The notes beneath the pieces were generated by a model, which did no database searches, was not told the DNA's origin, and saw only the letters and a list, made by a program, of their open reading frames with translations. A stretch of 64,000 bases of DNA. It comes from Rhina ancylostomus. Lineage: Eukaryota. Made by a program: the position numbers and the translations under genes. The stretch's first letter is position 1. Each line of letters starts with the position of its first letter. This document shows, piece by piece, positions 39,216 to 52,399 of the stretch. The stretch is taken from contig JARFYF010000112.1 of NCBI GenBank assembly GCA_030265395.1, forward strand, positions 69,139,837 to 69,203,836, read 5' to 3'.

Positions 39216-41874
39216 AGATTTAAGGTTAGCAATACCGTCTCAAATACTCCTTTTCTACTTTTCATGTTCATAAGTCTGAGACAAATCATTATATTCCAAT
39301 ATCGAATAGCACAGGCTACCAGGTCAAATTGAAGCATTAAGTTAAAATTGTAAACCTGCTTATGATTGCAAAAGCACATAACTTATTTATTTAATGAACA
39401 ACATGAACAGGAACCATTCTGAAGAAAGGTAATTCATCTGAAATACTTTGTTTTTCTCTCCATAGATGATGCCCAACCCAAATATTTCCAGCTCTTCTTG
39501 TTCTCATTTCAAATATTCAGTAGTTGTTTTGCTTTTCCAGTGTCAGAGTTATGTGTTTCAATGGGGATGTTGACAGGTGCTCAAAGGCCATCCAATGTGC
39601 CTTTGGGTTACAAACTGGAAACTGCTGAAGCACTCTTCAGCAATCACTACTACAACAACTTCTAAACTAATGACAGGTCAGGACAGAAACAGGCATGGTC
39701 TGATTCTCATGCTTCCTTGGTAAAATAACCTGTCAGCACTCAGTGCCAGGCATGAATAATAGCCACTTGAGAAAAGAACAAAGACAATCAGTACTGTAGA
39801 ACAGTATCCCAGTAAGGAGGAAGTTTCTTTTGAAGAGAGGTACAAATTAAATGTACAAAATTAAAGGACACCACCACCAACTTATTCAATTTAAATGAGC
39901 GGGGATTGAGTGTCCATGTTGACACATTTTCATTAATTCCATTCATCCTTCNNNNNNNNNNTCAAGAATTCCCTAATAAAAATACAAAATGCACTAGAAA
40001 GACAAACGGAATTAGAAATGGGGGAGCATTTACAGAAAACCAAATGAGCAGGAACAAAGATATCACAGGAAAAGACAAAATAGCCAGAAAATCTTAATAG
40101 ATCATATTTTAATGAGACACAAATCGACATCTCCATCAAGAATGAACTTTCAAATAAATTGATTCACATGTCCAATGTGAGCACAAGTAAATAATTCAAG
40201 ATTATAGTTAGCGTATGTTGAAAGACATGTAAAGGTAGTTTCAAATTTAGCAGGTTGATGGTTATCTTTTGTGTTTGAATGCCTCTGGCCATGGGTCAGA
40301 ATTATAGGTCTGAAACCAAGGACATTTCTTGGTAATGAAAAATATAATGGCAACCAGATGGTTTAGTGAATAAGGAACACCCTTCTTTCATCTTCAAAGC
40401 TTTGATCCAGTCCAGGAGCTAAGCCTTGAAAGGCCACTTTGCTGACAGCTGCACAAGTCACTTGTGAAGTGCATTTGATCCATTATCAAGGCTGGTCCCA
40501 TTATACAGCACCCTATAATTCAACACCATTTCCATTGAATTGCCAATTTTATCATCCAAGTCTTGAGAAACACTGATATAGCAAATATTATTGTGGCATT
40601 GTGCAAAGTACCATTCTGATACTGGGATTAAGGCATGTTTCAGTCTGATGCAGGTGCATCTGACTTGCAAAACAATAGTGCTTGTAGGATAATACTCTGC
40701 AACTAAGCCACACCATAGTGTCATGGGAATGCTTGATAAGATAAAATGTGAGGGAGCATCACTGTGCATTCAATCAAAGCTACACCAGATATAGGAGTGC
40801 TCAAAAAAATGGGTCTATGAATCTGTCGAGTTACAATGATGATAGACTCAGAGACTCTAATATCAAAAAGCTAAAGCCAATAACTCTCCCACACATTTCA
40901 ATGCTTTAAGCTAGTGAACAGCACAACACTGACCAAAATCACACAAAAATGGGAGAATTGGTGTGCTTACAGACTCTCTGCACTTAGCTACTTACTTTAA
41001 AGAGTGCAGTTTACAGGGAAACCTCATGTCCCCTGCACTTCACTAATGTAAAACTGCCTTAAATTCCTTCTGGTTGCAAGTCAGTCCATACTATGAGATA
41101 ATCTTCTGTATTCTTTGGAGAAATAGTTTATGAAAGAAAAAAATGCTCTCTAAATTCAAGATTATGCATCTCCTATATTGGGAACATTCCTGTGAGGTTT
41201 TATACATCAAATTTTACTTAGCCTCAAAACAGATTTGAAGATTGATCAAAATTAAAACAGAAAAGTTTCCAGCAGTCAACCATGAGGATGATGACTTTAT
41301 CTCTCCTCTTGGGTATGACACATGTAGTTGAAGCTTAGTTAGCTCATGTGTGAAATGCTCCTCAGTGTCAACTAGTTTTCATCAGCAATCAGACCTGACC
41401 TCAAATGGGATCGGAAATTAGCTCATGCCTATGCACACAGATGCCTGCCGTTTTGCAGAGAGAGGAGAAAGCAGCATTTATTCCATGACAGTGACTTAAG
41501 AACTAAAGCTCAAGAAGAAGTGAAACCTATATTATTCTGCTTAAGAATAAATTGGAAGTATTGGTATTGGTTTATTATTGTCACTCATACCAATTAAGAG
41601 GGTAACGATGGCTTGATCGCTTCAGTCCCCGTTGTTTCAACTTTATGCATCAGAATCAAATCTAGATGAGGCTGATGTAAAATAATTTCCTTTTGCTCCA
41701 TGTGGTGAGGTGAATTTGAGCNNNNNNNNNNNNNNNNNNNNNNNNNNNNNNNNNNNNNNNNNNNNNNNNNNNNNNNNNNNNNNNNNNNNNNNNNNNNNNN
41801 NNNNNNNNNNNNNNNNNNNNNTTTAGCAATATTTCTAGAATATAAGCAATCGCAACCTTATTAATTGATATGAA

Positions 41875-41962
41875 AACAGAAAATACTGGGAAAACTCAAC
41901 AGGTTACACAGCATCTATGGAAAGAAAAACAGTTAAAATTCAGATCTGAGATCCATCATCAT
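41875..41962 (-). repeat. Penelope-like terminus copy (minus)
   Basis: aacagaaaatactggg..aactcaacagg...gcatctatggaaag. Confidence 0.55.
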
Positions 41963-42579
41963 TATTTATTGATAGTTCTGCTCATTTAGGTTCTAAGGAA
42001 TATTATGGGGAATGGAATACACTGGAGTCAGGGTACATTGATGGTCCCATTCCTTCACCAAGGTTAAAACTAAACTGGGAGCATTTACTGGATGTGGTGT
42101 GGAAGAAGCTTTACTTCACAATAACTATATTTAACCTAGAAACCAGTTAATAGTACCAATGAGTGGTACAATGGTAACTAATATCATTCCCCAGCTTGGA
42201 GGTCTCTCCTCTTAAAATCATATTTCTTTTCAAGGCCACATTTTGTATGGCCGTAGATTGCATCAGACTGCTGATACACTCACTACTTTAAACAGCGTGG
42301 AATCTACAAACCCAATTCCAGGTTATCAGGAAAGCAACCAATAATGAAATAGGGAACTCAGGAGAAACATCTTTACTCCAATTGGTAAGAACGCAGAACT
42401 CTTCCCTGGGGAGTGCTTTGGGCGAACAGTGTAGGTGCATTGAAGGGGAGGCTAGTTAAGCATTGTGGGGAGAAAGGAATGGAGAATTACGTGAATAGAG
42501 ATGTGAGGATCCTTGAGTGATGCATTCATGTCTGCATGGGCTGGTTCCATCAAATGAACTGCATGTGCTAGGCAGTGCT

Positions 42580-42826
42580 TGTCATGGTTCTGAGTTCTGG
42601 CCCTCAATTTGGCTCCTTTAATGCCTTGTTGTCCAGCNNNNNNNNNNNNNNNNNNNNNNNNNNNNNNNNNNNNNNNNNNNNNNNNNNNNNNNNNNNNNNN
42701 NNNNNNNNNNNNNNNNNNNNNNNNNNNNNNNNNNNNNTGTGTTTGTCCTGAGGAAGTATCCTGACTTCAGTCTTGTATCAGTGTGCTGCATTTGGGTTCT
42801 CTGTGAGTTTGCTCAACATTGTGACA
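42580..42826 (+). mobile_element. Solo LTR (Gypsy-like) with 5-bp target-site duplication
   Basis: Begins TGTCA (42580) and ends TGACA (42826); GTGCT on both flanks (42575-42579 and 42827-42831); the middle is a 100-N gap. Confidence 0.75.
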
Positions 42827-42939
42827 GTGCTGCTTTCATTCACAATAGAACATCAAACCAATCCTCATCCAGTATATTTTAGAAGGAGTCTTGATTTTTT
42901 TTTGTTAAAACAAAATGCATCACTTCACACTGTTTCTCA

Positions 42940-44150
42940 AAACCAGATCCCAGTCATCAGTGCTTACACTCCAACCCTGTAAACTATACATGAGGCCAAG
43001 TATGATTTTTATTCCAACCTTGAGAAAATCCTAGCCTGAATCCCAGAGGGAGATAAACTGATCCTCCTAGGCATTTCAATGCCAGAGTCAGAAAAGACAG
43101 AATCCTTTGGCAAGGAGGGATTGGGGAAAACTAACTCTAGTGGATTTCTTCTCCTGACTAAATGCCTGGAACACAACCTTGTCATAAACAACAGCCTATT
43201 TCATCACAGAGACAAATACTGGAACTCTTGGCATCACTCCTTGATCCTGGCACCAGTACCTAAAAGATAATATCATTATTCAAGTGAGGGACTGGAAGAC
43301 CTGCATCTGACAGGTGCTGGTGACTGCTGCACTGACCACAGATAATCCACTCTATTACCTTCATTGACCTGACCCTAAAACATCAGTAGCAACAGAAATG
43401 CTACCACAAGAACTTGAATGTCAAAGGTCTAAAAGACCTCATAAAGAAAATTGATCATGGTCAGGGCCTACTCGGTAACCTGACAACTCCCAACCAACAG
43501 TAGCCGCAGAGTATCAACTGTGTCTAGTCTATACCAAAGTCCAAAATGAATGGCACCTGTGAACAGGCTATTGACTTCTCTGTCAGAAAACGCTAATGAT
43601 CTAGAACATGAAACACCTACATCAGGCATCCCAAAGGGCTGGAGATGAGCAATCAATACAGTCTCTGCAAAAGCCTTCAAATCTATCTGCAGGGTTAATG
43701 AGCCAACATCAGGCTGAGGACCTAATTTTCCTCAGCCAGCTCCACTGGGCAAATCACATTTGCAAGCCCAACACCAGACTCCTAAAATGGACAATCTACT
43801 CCAAACTGTGTCATGAAGAAAAGGGAGAAATCACTTCAAAGATATCCTCATAGACCCCTAAAAACAAGTAGTATCCTTGTTTCTGGGGATCATCGGTTGT
43901 GGCCACTCAAAGTGGAAATGAAGTATCGAGGATGGCATTGAGTATGTCAATGTTTTTTATCAGTTGCACACAGAAACCCAGCATAGTCAACAGAAGGAGC
44001 ACACCACCTTCCATACTACCCATCCACCTGTCTGGTCATGTACCGCCTGCCCCATCTGTGGAAAAGCCTGAGGGTCCCATGCTGGCTTCATTAATCACTT
44101 CAGAACCCAGAGAACTGCAGTGGAAGCACATTGTCCAAGGAACTACTTAA
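42940..44150 (+). mobile_element. Internally deleted RTE-clade LINE (APE endonuclease plus C-terminal region)
   Basis: VISAYTPTL, DKLILLG.FNAR, GKEGLGKTNSSGFLLLTKCLEHNLVINNSLF (APE domain); QLHWANHI..PNTRLLK..IYSKL (C-terminus). Confidence 0.8.
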
Positions 44151-44749
44151 GAAATGGGAAGATGTAACTTGTGTCTTGCATCCACCATCGAGGTCAGTTC
44201 CCACTAGCATCCTTATTTCTGCAACTGGCATGTGTTTTTGCATGTTAGAGTACATTCTAATATTTCAGAAATATACTTAGCAAATTAGTCAATGATCTCT
44301 TATTTACAGCAACTGTGATAACCTTCCTTCTCCTACCTAATCTGGGAAAATTGGACACAAACCAAAAATACTAATCTGAGGAGGCTTGGAGTTCTCTTTC
44401 TATTTTCAAAATAGTTGCCTTTTCTGTGTTTTACAAAGAATGCTGTGAATTATATGTGTCATGCCAGTAACCAAAAAAAGAGAGATGCTTTGATGGAAGG
44501 AAAAGAGCCCAGAGAGTTACTAACTCATCATGGCCTAAATTACGTGGTCCAGAAAGTTGTTGGCAAGGCCTTTCTAAATGACTGGAGTTCTTATTTTCTG
44601 TCTCTACCTGAAACAGTTGGCTCTTTTCATGATTCCTTTTGCAAAAATGTCACCTATTCTTTGGTAATTTGCTCTATGACCTTCTTTCAAATGGGGTAAT
44701 GTAGTAAGCTATTTGTACCCATCAACTTAACAGCCAGTGAAAATAAAGA

Positions 44750-44850
44750 AAGTTCTAATGAAGGGTCTTCAACCTGAAATGTTAACCCTGTTTCTCTTAT
44801 CATAGATGTGGCCTCACCTGCTGAGTATTTCCAGCATTTTCTGTTTTTAA
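44750..44850 (+). repeat. Penelope-like terminus copy
   Basis: agttctaatgaagggtcttcaacctgaaatgttaac...cctgctgagtatttccagcattttctg. Confidence 0.7.
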
Positions 44851-47800
44851 CTTAATAGCCAGTTCTCCTTTGTCACTTATGTTCACAAATGCAGGTATTT
44901 CAGCTGCCATCACGAGGTAGTTTTTGATTGCCATGATCCTGGATGGATTTGAGTGACTAGATGCTGATGCCTTGGTGTGGTTTAACCAACAATGCAAAGA
45001 ACAATAGTTAAATCTGGATCATTTAGGATCCATAAACTTAGTCTTATTTGGTCAGAACATTGACCAGCTCACCCAGGTTGGGAGGAGCTCTTTTGGACAC
45101 TTAATTGACTTTATTGCAAGCCACAACATCATTCAAGAGACATCATTAATTTACATGCAAAAGGAAGCATTTGGCATAGGCAGTTTGAACAGAAGGTGCG
45201 AGCAACACAGATTGAAACCACTTCATATGCCATGCAAATATTGAGTTCAGGATATTTGGGTGGATACAAACCAAATAAGAAAATACAATCCAATATCTTG
45301 TTTCCTTGACTAAGCATCAACCAGTGAAAACCCATGATAATTTCAAGTTAATCCCTGATTTAACAGGTATATAAATGTAAGTGGACAGACTATGCCAAAT
45401 GGAAGAGTAATTTGTGAATGTGTATTAAAAAATATCAGGAGAGATGATGGTGTTTTTCTGCTAACTCACTGTCCTTTCATATGGGATTTAGGTTCTAATC
45501 CAGCTGCAGCTGAATAAATACAAATGTGTTAACTGTGAGAATCCTTCATGAAATGAATTTTAGAATTTTCCCAGTTCAGTTTTGTGGGCATGCTTCCTAA
45601 TTTTGAACAATTAACACAATGTTGTCTATTTCAATCACTGGGTCATCCATCTAACTGAAAGGCTACAAGGTTTATCTCAGGTAGGAAAATGGAAATGTCA
45701 CTTATAAAATAGGGAATATTAACCTGTTTCTAATTCATGATGCCCTGCTCTGACCTGCAGACAAAAGGTTATAAATAAGGCAGCAGAGCAGAAAGAGGAG
45801 GGGATATATTAATGCAATTTGACCATCTCTATAGCTCAGGTTTTGGAAAAACTGTCACTCTTAACCACATTTAGGTTTTGATGCAAGTCAGCATGTCCTT
45901 GCATGACTGAAATCTTTATACTTAGAATCTATCCATTGCTAACAGCTTTTTTTGCTGTCTTCTCATTTTCTCGTGTTGAGTATTACTGCACATTTTCATT
46001 TTGGTTCTCAATTTTCTGCATCCTACAGCACCAAAAATATATTTTGCTATTACTTTGCAAAATCAGGTTAAGGAAATATGGGGACTGCCATATTTCATTT
46101 ATCCACAAGTACATGCCCAGAAATATACTCCTGCATGTTCAGAATGATCCAGCAGTTAATTCCTATTTAAATCTCTAACTTGCACATATCCTATCTGTAA
46201 TGTCTATTTAAAATTGCACTATTTTTTCAATGGAACACTTTTAGTCCATCAGTCATTCCTTTTTTTTCTATACTTTGGCATGCTTTACTTTTTATGGTTT
46301 ATTCCATGTGCTTTCTCTTTCTGTATTCCATGTCTATCCTCCTCATTGACATGATTCTTTTCTAGTGGTTTTATCACTCTCATCCCAGGCTTTCCTTTGC
46401 TCCAATTCATCACGTTTACTTTTTCTGCATCTTTCCTACTCATTAGTTCTCCTTTTCTCTATCTGTTCCTCTCTCTGTATTCCATGTCTTCTTCAATCTC
46501 AAAAGCTACCATGAAAATCTCAGGGCTCATCTCTTCACATATTCTATGTCCCTTCTGCTCTCCACTTTGTCTCGACAGTCTTTTTCAACATTGCTCCTTC
46601 CATCTTATTTTTATTTTCCTCCAATTTTGTCACAGATTCATTGTTTTTAAACAACTTAAGTTCAAGATTGTCATTGACAACAAAATATCTCAGTAGGCCG
46701 AAAAAAAAGCTTGCAGTGAGGACTGATGAAGTACTGGTGGAATTGGTTGAATGGTTGGTCATATGGCATTTGGAGAAGTGAAAGAATTCGCAAGAAGGGG
46801 TATCAGTGGACTAAAACTGAGTGGATGCTCTGCATCAATGATGGAACAATGGGAGGGGTTCAGTTAAGAATGTGCGCAGAGCTGAAAACTAGAAAAGTAA
46901 AGGAGAGTCAAAGCTATGAACAGGTTTGTGGACAATAATGAGGAATCTTGAATTCTCCATGTTGGTTGCCAAGGATGGGACAATACAGATAACTGGACTC
47001 AGCAAGAGTTAAAATGAGGATGTAGACTTCTGGCACCAACTGCTCTTTATGTAGGGGTGGATCTCAAGAGCCTAGCAAAACTAGCACTGAACTAATTTAG
47101 GTGAGGATGTGTTTTTGTCTGGCTGCAACAGCAGTGGTAGGAAACTGCAAAACATGGAAGCAGTGGGTGTTGATATTGTTTAGCATTAGGAATTTGAAGC
47201 TTAGTGTCAGATTCAGTTTGAGTGAATTGGGGGGAGAAAGTTGGAATCAGGAGCCAGACTGTGGATGCTTGGTAGGAAATGAACAGAATAACAAGCTGAA
47301 GAAGGCTGTTGTCAGATAAGCAGAGAGACAACACAGAGATGGTTTACAAATCAATGATAGTGCCAGAGAAATAGATCTGACTGCTGTCAGCATAAATGTG
47401 AAAGCTGACCCATGTCAAAGCAGAATGTGCAGAAAGAGAGGAAGATGGGAACTTGGCATGGAGCCTTTGTTTCACATTTAGAAATTATTTCCTCTGAAAT
47501 ACAAGAGCTCCCATTAATGCCACAACATTTTTTCGTTATGTCATAATGGCTGGATAGTTTGTTTTTCCGGCATAGTTAACAACCTGCTCAAAACAGAACT
47601 GCATTTAACTGGACAATGAGAACATTTTATAGTCAGTGCATGATAAGAATAAAGGACAACAGAATTACATGCAGATTCTTAAACCATACCACTGTATGAA
47701 GCCAGCTAAGATGACAATCAAAAAGATTATGAGATTAAAAATAAAGCAGTACTTCCGTCTTAATTTAACTTAATGATCCTCCTACTTGTATCCTGACTGG

Positions 47801-49959
47801 AGACTGACCAATGTCTTGATAGATAAAAGGACAAATGACAAAGCCAGTCAGTATGTGGTGCTCAGACATTGGAAGAGGTGCAGTGGGGGTTGAGGGTGAA
47901 GAAGATAATGTGAAAGCAGCAAACCTTCCTTCTGTGGCTTGGATTTGTTTGCCAGTTGGACGCTGGGAAATACTCACCAGAGACCTCCCCCGGATCCTAC
48001 TTCCATTGTTTGTAATGTAATATATGCAAGAATGCCATACAGAGCCTCCTGTGCCAGCAGTGAACCTACTCCTAGTATGCCGCCTCTGTGTTAAAAGGGA
48101 GTTGATATTTTTAATCATTTTTTAAACAGATTGCCAGAATGCTCATCTTTCTTCAGTGTGATTTCTTAAGCCTGGCTGCACTAATTCTTTAGAAAAATTG
48201 AGTGCTCAGTCAGAATGGTGCTAAATAATTGGTTTATTGTGGNNNNNNNNNNNNNNNNNNNNNNNNNNNNNNNNNNNNNNNNNNNNNNNNNNNNNNNNNN
48301 NNNNNNNNNNNNNNNNNNNNNNNNNNNNNNNNCTTATTAAGAAGCCACATCACCATATTGTCGACAGAATGAAGATACAAGCCTAAAGAAAGTGGATGTG
48401 GAGGGACATGGATGACTACCAGAGAGTCTGGAGGTAGGAGACAAACATGACATAGGTATCATGGTGGAGGATGGGAGGGTTGGAGATGGGTGCTGAGAGC
48501 AAATAACCAGCTTGGAGATCTCATACAAGTTTTCAATTCCTGGGTACGCTTAATCCAAAAAAAAAGCAAGTACAACATAAGAGGAATTGAAAACATGGTT
48601 GAGAACTAGCAAAGCAGAACTTAAAAAGAGATAAAGCTTCATGGAGTCCACTCCATGACAAGACCAACTATAACTAGTCACATTTGCAGATGATTGTTAC
48701 AATGTACCACATCAGTTCTCAAACCCTTAGGTATTTCACATATAAGCAAAATATTCACACATTAAACAGTGCTAAAGCCAAAAGGAACACAACATTCAAA
48801 GCATACTTATATTTCCCTATCATAAAGAGCTAACCAACAGACAAAGGTTCTGAGGAATTCAGAAAGAAATGAGTCATCTTCTAGAATACTTTGATGAACA
48901 ACATTGAAGGGGACAATTGTGGATGATGTGTAGGACCACGCAGGAGCAAAATTCATACTTACGGACATGCATTCTAAAGCAAGTTTGCAATCACTTTTAC
49001 ATGCCGTTAATAGCACCAAAGAAACATTAGCACAAGGCCTATATTAGCATCTATTTATCTGGTTTGACTCTGGAAGTAACATTGAGAGCATGGGCTAAAA
49101 TGTATTCATGTTCCATCAACAATAACTCACTAATTTTCCAGCAATTAATTTGCAGTCATTCCCAAAACACAAAGGAGCTTCATGTAATTTCATAGCAATA
49201 CTCTCTTTCTCCATTAGGCAATCCTAATCTAGTATTGTGAAGTTGAAACACAGTTCTTCTTTCTGTCAGTTGATTGAATCACTTGACAGATGTAATAGTG
49301 GTACTAAAATAAACTGAGGGCTGGAAATTTTACTCTGACCTTATACGTGAATCAACAAAACCATACCGTCTATAACCTTTATATTTAGAGCAGTTTTCAA
49401 CATCTTATCTATGTTCTGAGCATGTATGTTGATTTTCATTGACATTTGGCTTGAAGAAAACATTTTCATATATCATGTAATAGAATCTTACCCCTCAATT
49501 TCAACCTTAACTAAAATCACATTCTACCAACACAGCCTCCCCACTGTCATTTTTAATTGAAGAAATTGATATGGTGACAATTTCTATCCAAGCACAATAA
49601 TGCCTTTATTGGCATTGATAGCATCATCCCCAAACAACTTCACCTCTGTTCCATTGTCTCCTCAGACTGGTGAACAATGCCATGGAGAATATATAGGAAT
49701 TACTTTTAAAACAATTGCAGTCTTAAACATTCCCATCATTGTCAAACAAGCTGGAGTCCAGATGACTGAAAACTGCCTGATGTTATTGTCTTAATTCTTG
49801 TGATATCATTTGAGCTCCTTAATTACAACTGGCAATTATAAAGTTTTGGCCACACTAAATTAGCATATAGTTCCAAAAATTTCATCTGGTTCAATATCAA
49901 GCATCAAATATAAAACTTAGCACTTTTGATTCCTTCCTCCAATCCCTGAGTCAATTTTG

Positions 49960-50210
49960 AGTCATTGAGTTGTACAGCATAGAAACACAGACCGTTGCAC
50001 CCACCTGTACTGATCCCATTTACCCCCTTTAGGTCCATATACTTGTATGTATGCCTTGGCAATTCAAGTGCTTGTCTAGATATTTCATAAATGCTGTGAG
50101 AGTACCTGCCTTTGTTGCCTCATCAGGAAGTGCATTCCAGGTTCCAACCACTCTCTATATGAAAAAAACTCCCCCTCAGATCCCCTCTAAACCTCCTACC
50201 TCTCACCTTA
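49960..50210 (-). mobile_element. CR1 3' end fragment
   Basis: Reverse complement of FRGDLRGSFF..RVVGTWNALP plus 3' UTR. Confidence 0.65.
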
Positions 50211-50812
50211 ATATGGCAGTTGCTCCAGCTGAGGTCATCTTGCACAGGAGAGATACAGAATTGAACTTGGAGGCTTCTGGCCCACATAGCTAAGAAACTT
50301 CAAGAACCGAGACAAGGGCGAAATTCACAGCCACAGCATTTAACATTCTCCTACTAGGCATTTACATTCTCCAAAGGTATATCTGGCTGCAGAATTTTCT
50401 GTAGTTCAGCTACATGTCTCAATAATCATTTAGTAATCAGCTCTGCTCATGTTGCAGTGTGATTGCTGTGATGCAGAGTCTCTACTTCCAACATCTACTT
50501 CAGCCATCCATGTAACCCAGATGGAACATGCATCAATTGTTTGCCCTGCCCTTGGCTTGGGTTGAATTAACTAACTGTAACATTATCAGCAGGAGGGGAA
50601 AGAGGGAACCCTGATCCTCATTAATAGCCAGTGACACCTGCTGTGGCTGCCAGCGAAGATTGGATGGACTGGGCCACAATGCTTTCTGGGTGGTATTAGT
50701 CTGTTGCAACCCTTTGGTTAGCCTTGCATGAACATGGGTGTGGAGCACTGTGGGCATGGAAAAGTATTTGGAAAAATAGTGCTCCCAGCAAAAGATATGT
50801 GTATGTAGGGAG

Positions 50813-50814
<2 letters not shown>

Positions 50815-50859
<45 letters not shown>

Positions 50860-50868
50860 GTGGGGGGG
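50815..50868 (+). repeat. (GT)n microsatellite followed by poly-G
   Basis: Directly visible. Confidence 0.95.
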
Positions 50869-51004
50869 AAGAGAATNNNNNNNNNNNNNNNNNNNNNNNN
50901 NNNNNNNNNNNNNNNNNNNNNNNNNNNNNNNNNNNNNNNNNNNNNNNNNNCCCCCCCCCCGGGGCGGCGGGGAAGAGAATGCCAATAAGGCAATTAATGA
51001 AAGT

Positions 51005-51075
51005 AGCAAATGCTGGAGATACTCAGCAGCCGGGTAGCATTTGCAGAGAGAGAAACAGCTAACGTTAAAGTCGAT
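51005..51075 (-). repeat. Penelope-like terminus copy (minus)
   Basis: aaatgctggagatactcagcag..gggtagcatttgcagagagagaaacagctaacgtt. Confidence 0.6.
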
Positions 51076-51752
51076 GTGTTTTTTCTGGACCTCCCTAAGT
51101 TCAGTCCAGCTTCATTCTTGTTATGACGTTTCCTGCGGTGTCTTGTGACACTTTGCCGGCCAGTGTATGTTCTGCATTTAATCCATATAAACAGATTAAT
51201 GTATTTCCTGTCAAAAATGTCAGGAACGCCTATTATTTTCAATGGGAATATAAAACTGGCTTCAAGATCGAAATGGTGGGAAAAGTTAAACTGAGTTGAG
51301 TCTTGCTGTAACATTCCACATAGATAGGTAAAAAAACCAAAAATATCAGTTACCTTGAGCATCATAGCCTGAATAAATCCAAGCAGCCCGCATGACTTTG
51401 AAAAGAGGGCGAGGCAAATATCTACGACTGCTATCAACAGAGGGAATTGGGAGGGGGAAGGGAATGGTAAGAGGATTTTAAAAAAACTGCGTGTATCCAG
51501 ATNNNNNNNNNNNNNNNNNNNNNNNNNNNNNNNNNNNNNNNNNNNNNNNNNNNNNNNNNNNNNNNNNNNNNNNNNNNNNNNNNNNNNNNNNNNNNNNNNN
51601 NNNNNNNNNNNNNNNNNNNNNNNNNNNNNNNNNNNNNNNNNNNNNNNNNNNNNNNNNNNNNNNNNNNNNNNNNNNNNNNNNNNNNNNNNNNTAACATGTT
51701 TCCTAAAAGCTCGCACTTTCTTATAATTAATTCTTGTGACCACCCCCTTCCC

Positions 51753-51753
<1 letters not shown>

Positions 51754-51785
<32 letters not shown>
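51754..51785 (+). repeat. (CA)n microsatellite
   Basis: Directly visible. Confidence 0.95.
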
Positions 51786-51788
<3 letters not shown>

Positions 51789-52399
51789 TTTGCACCGTGG
51801 CCCGTGTCAAGTAGCACTGATATTTACAGGGCACGGAGCAAGCTACGTTCACATTCTGAAGACTCTGGACCTTGTCAATGAGCCACTGATACCCAACACA
51901 TCAGCTAATCACAATTAGCCAAGCAGAATAATTTCTATTATTAACTGACTGCAGTCATATTTTCCCATTGAGCTCCATTGTGCGTAGCTTAAGCAACTAT
52001 TGAGAAATAATGCGGGCGGATGGGGGTGGGGATCACGCCTAACTTCAAGGAGCCATAAAATGTATCTCAACCGGCACACTAATCTCGTGAGAATATTTAC
52101 AAAAGTATGACACATAACCGTAAGTTTCTAAAGCAAAAGTAGGATCAAAGATATGGTTATTTACCCTTGCTGGCGTCTGTCCCTCTCTCTTTCTCTTCGG
52201 TTCACAGTTTACACCTGCACACTGAGCCAGAAAATCATTTACTTAAATAATCTGTCAAACTATGATTGTAAAAATAAACTGAAAACACAGGCATAGCAAG
52301 AAAGCAAGCAGCGTGTGAATCTATCTGGAGACCAAGGTACATCTGAGAGCATGATAGATCCTGGCTGCACTTTTTACACTGAACTTGAGCTCCTCTGCC

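Noticed and set aside
50860-50985. ggggaagagaat repeated either side of a gap, with poly-G/poly-C runs
   Set aside because: Low-complexity contig ends at a gap; likely artefact.
50533-51785. Long ORFs of 158-263 aa
   Set aside because: Built from microsatellites and N runs.
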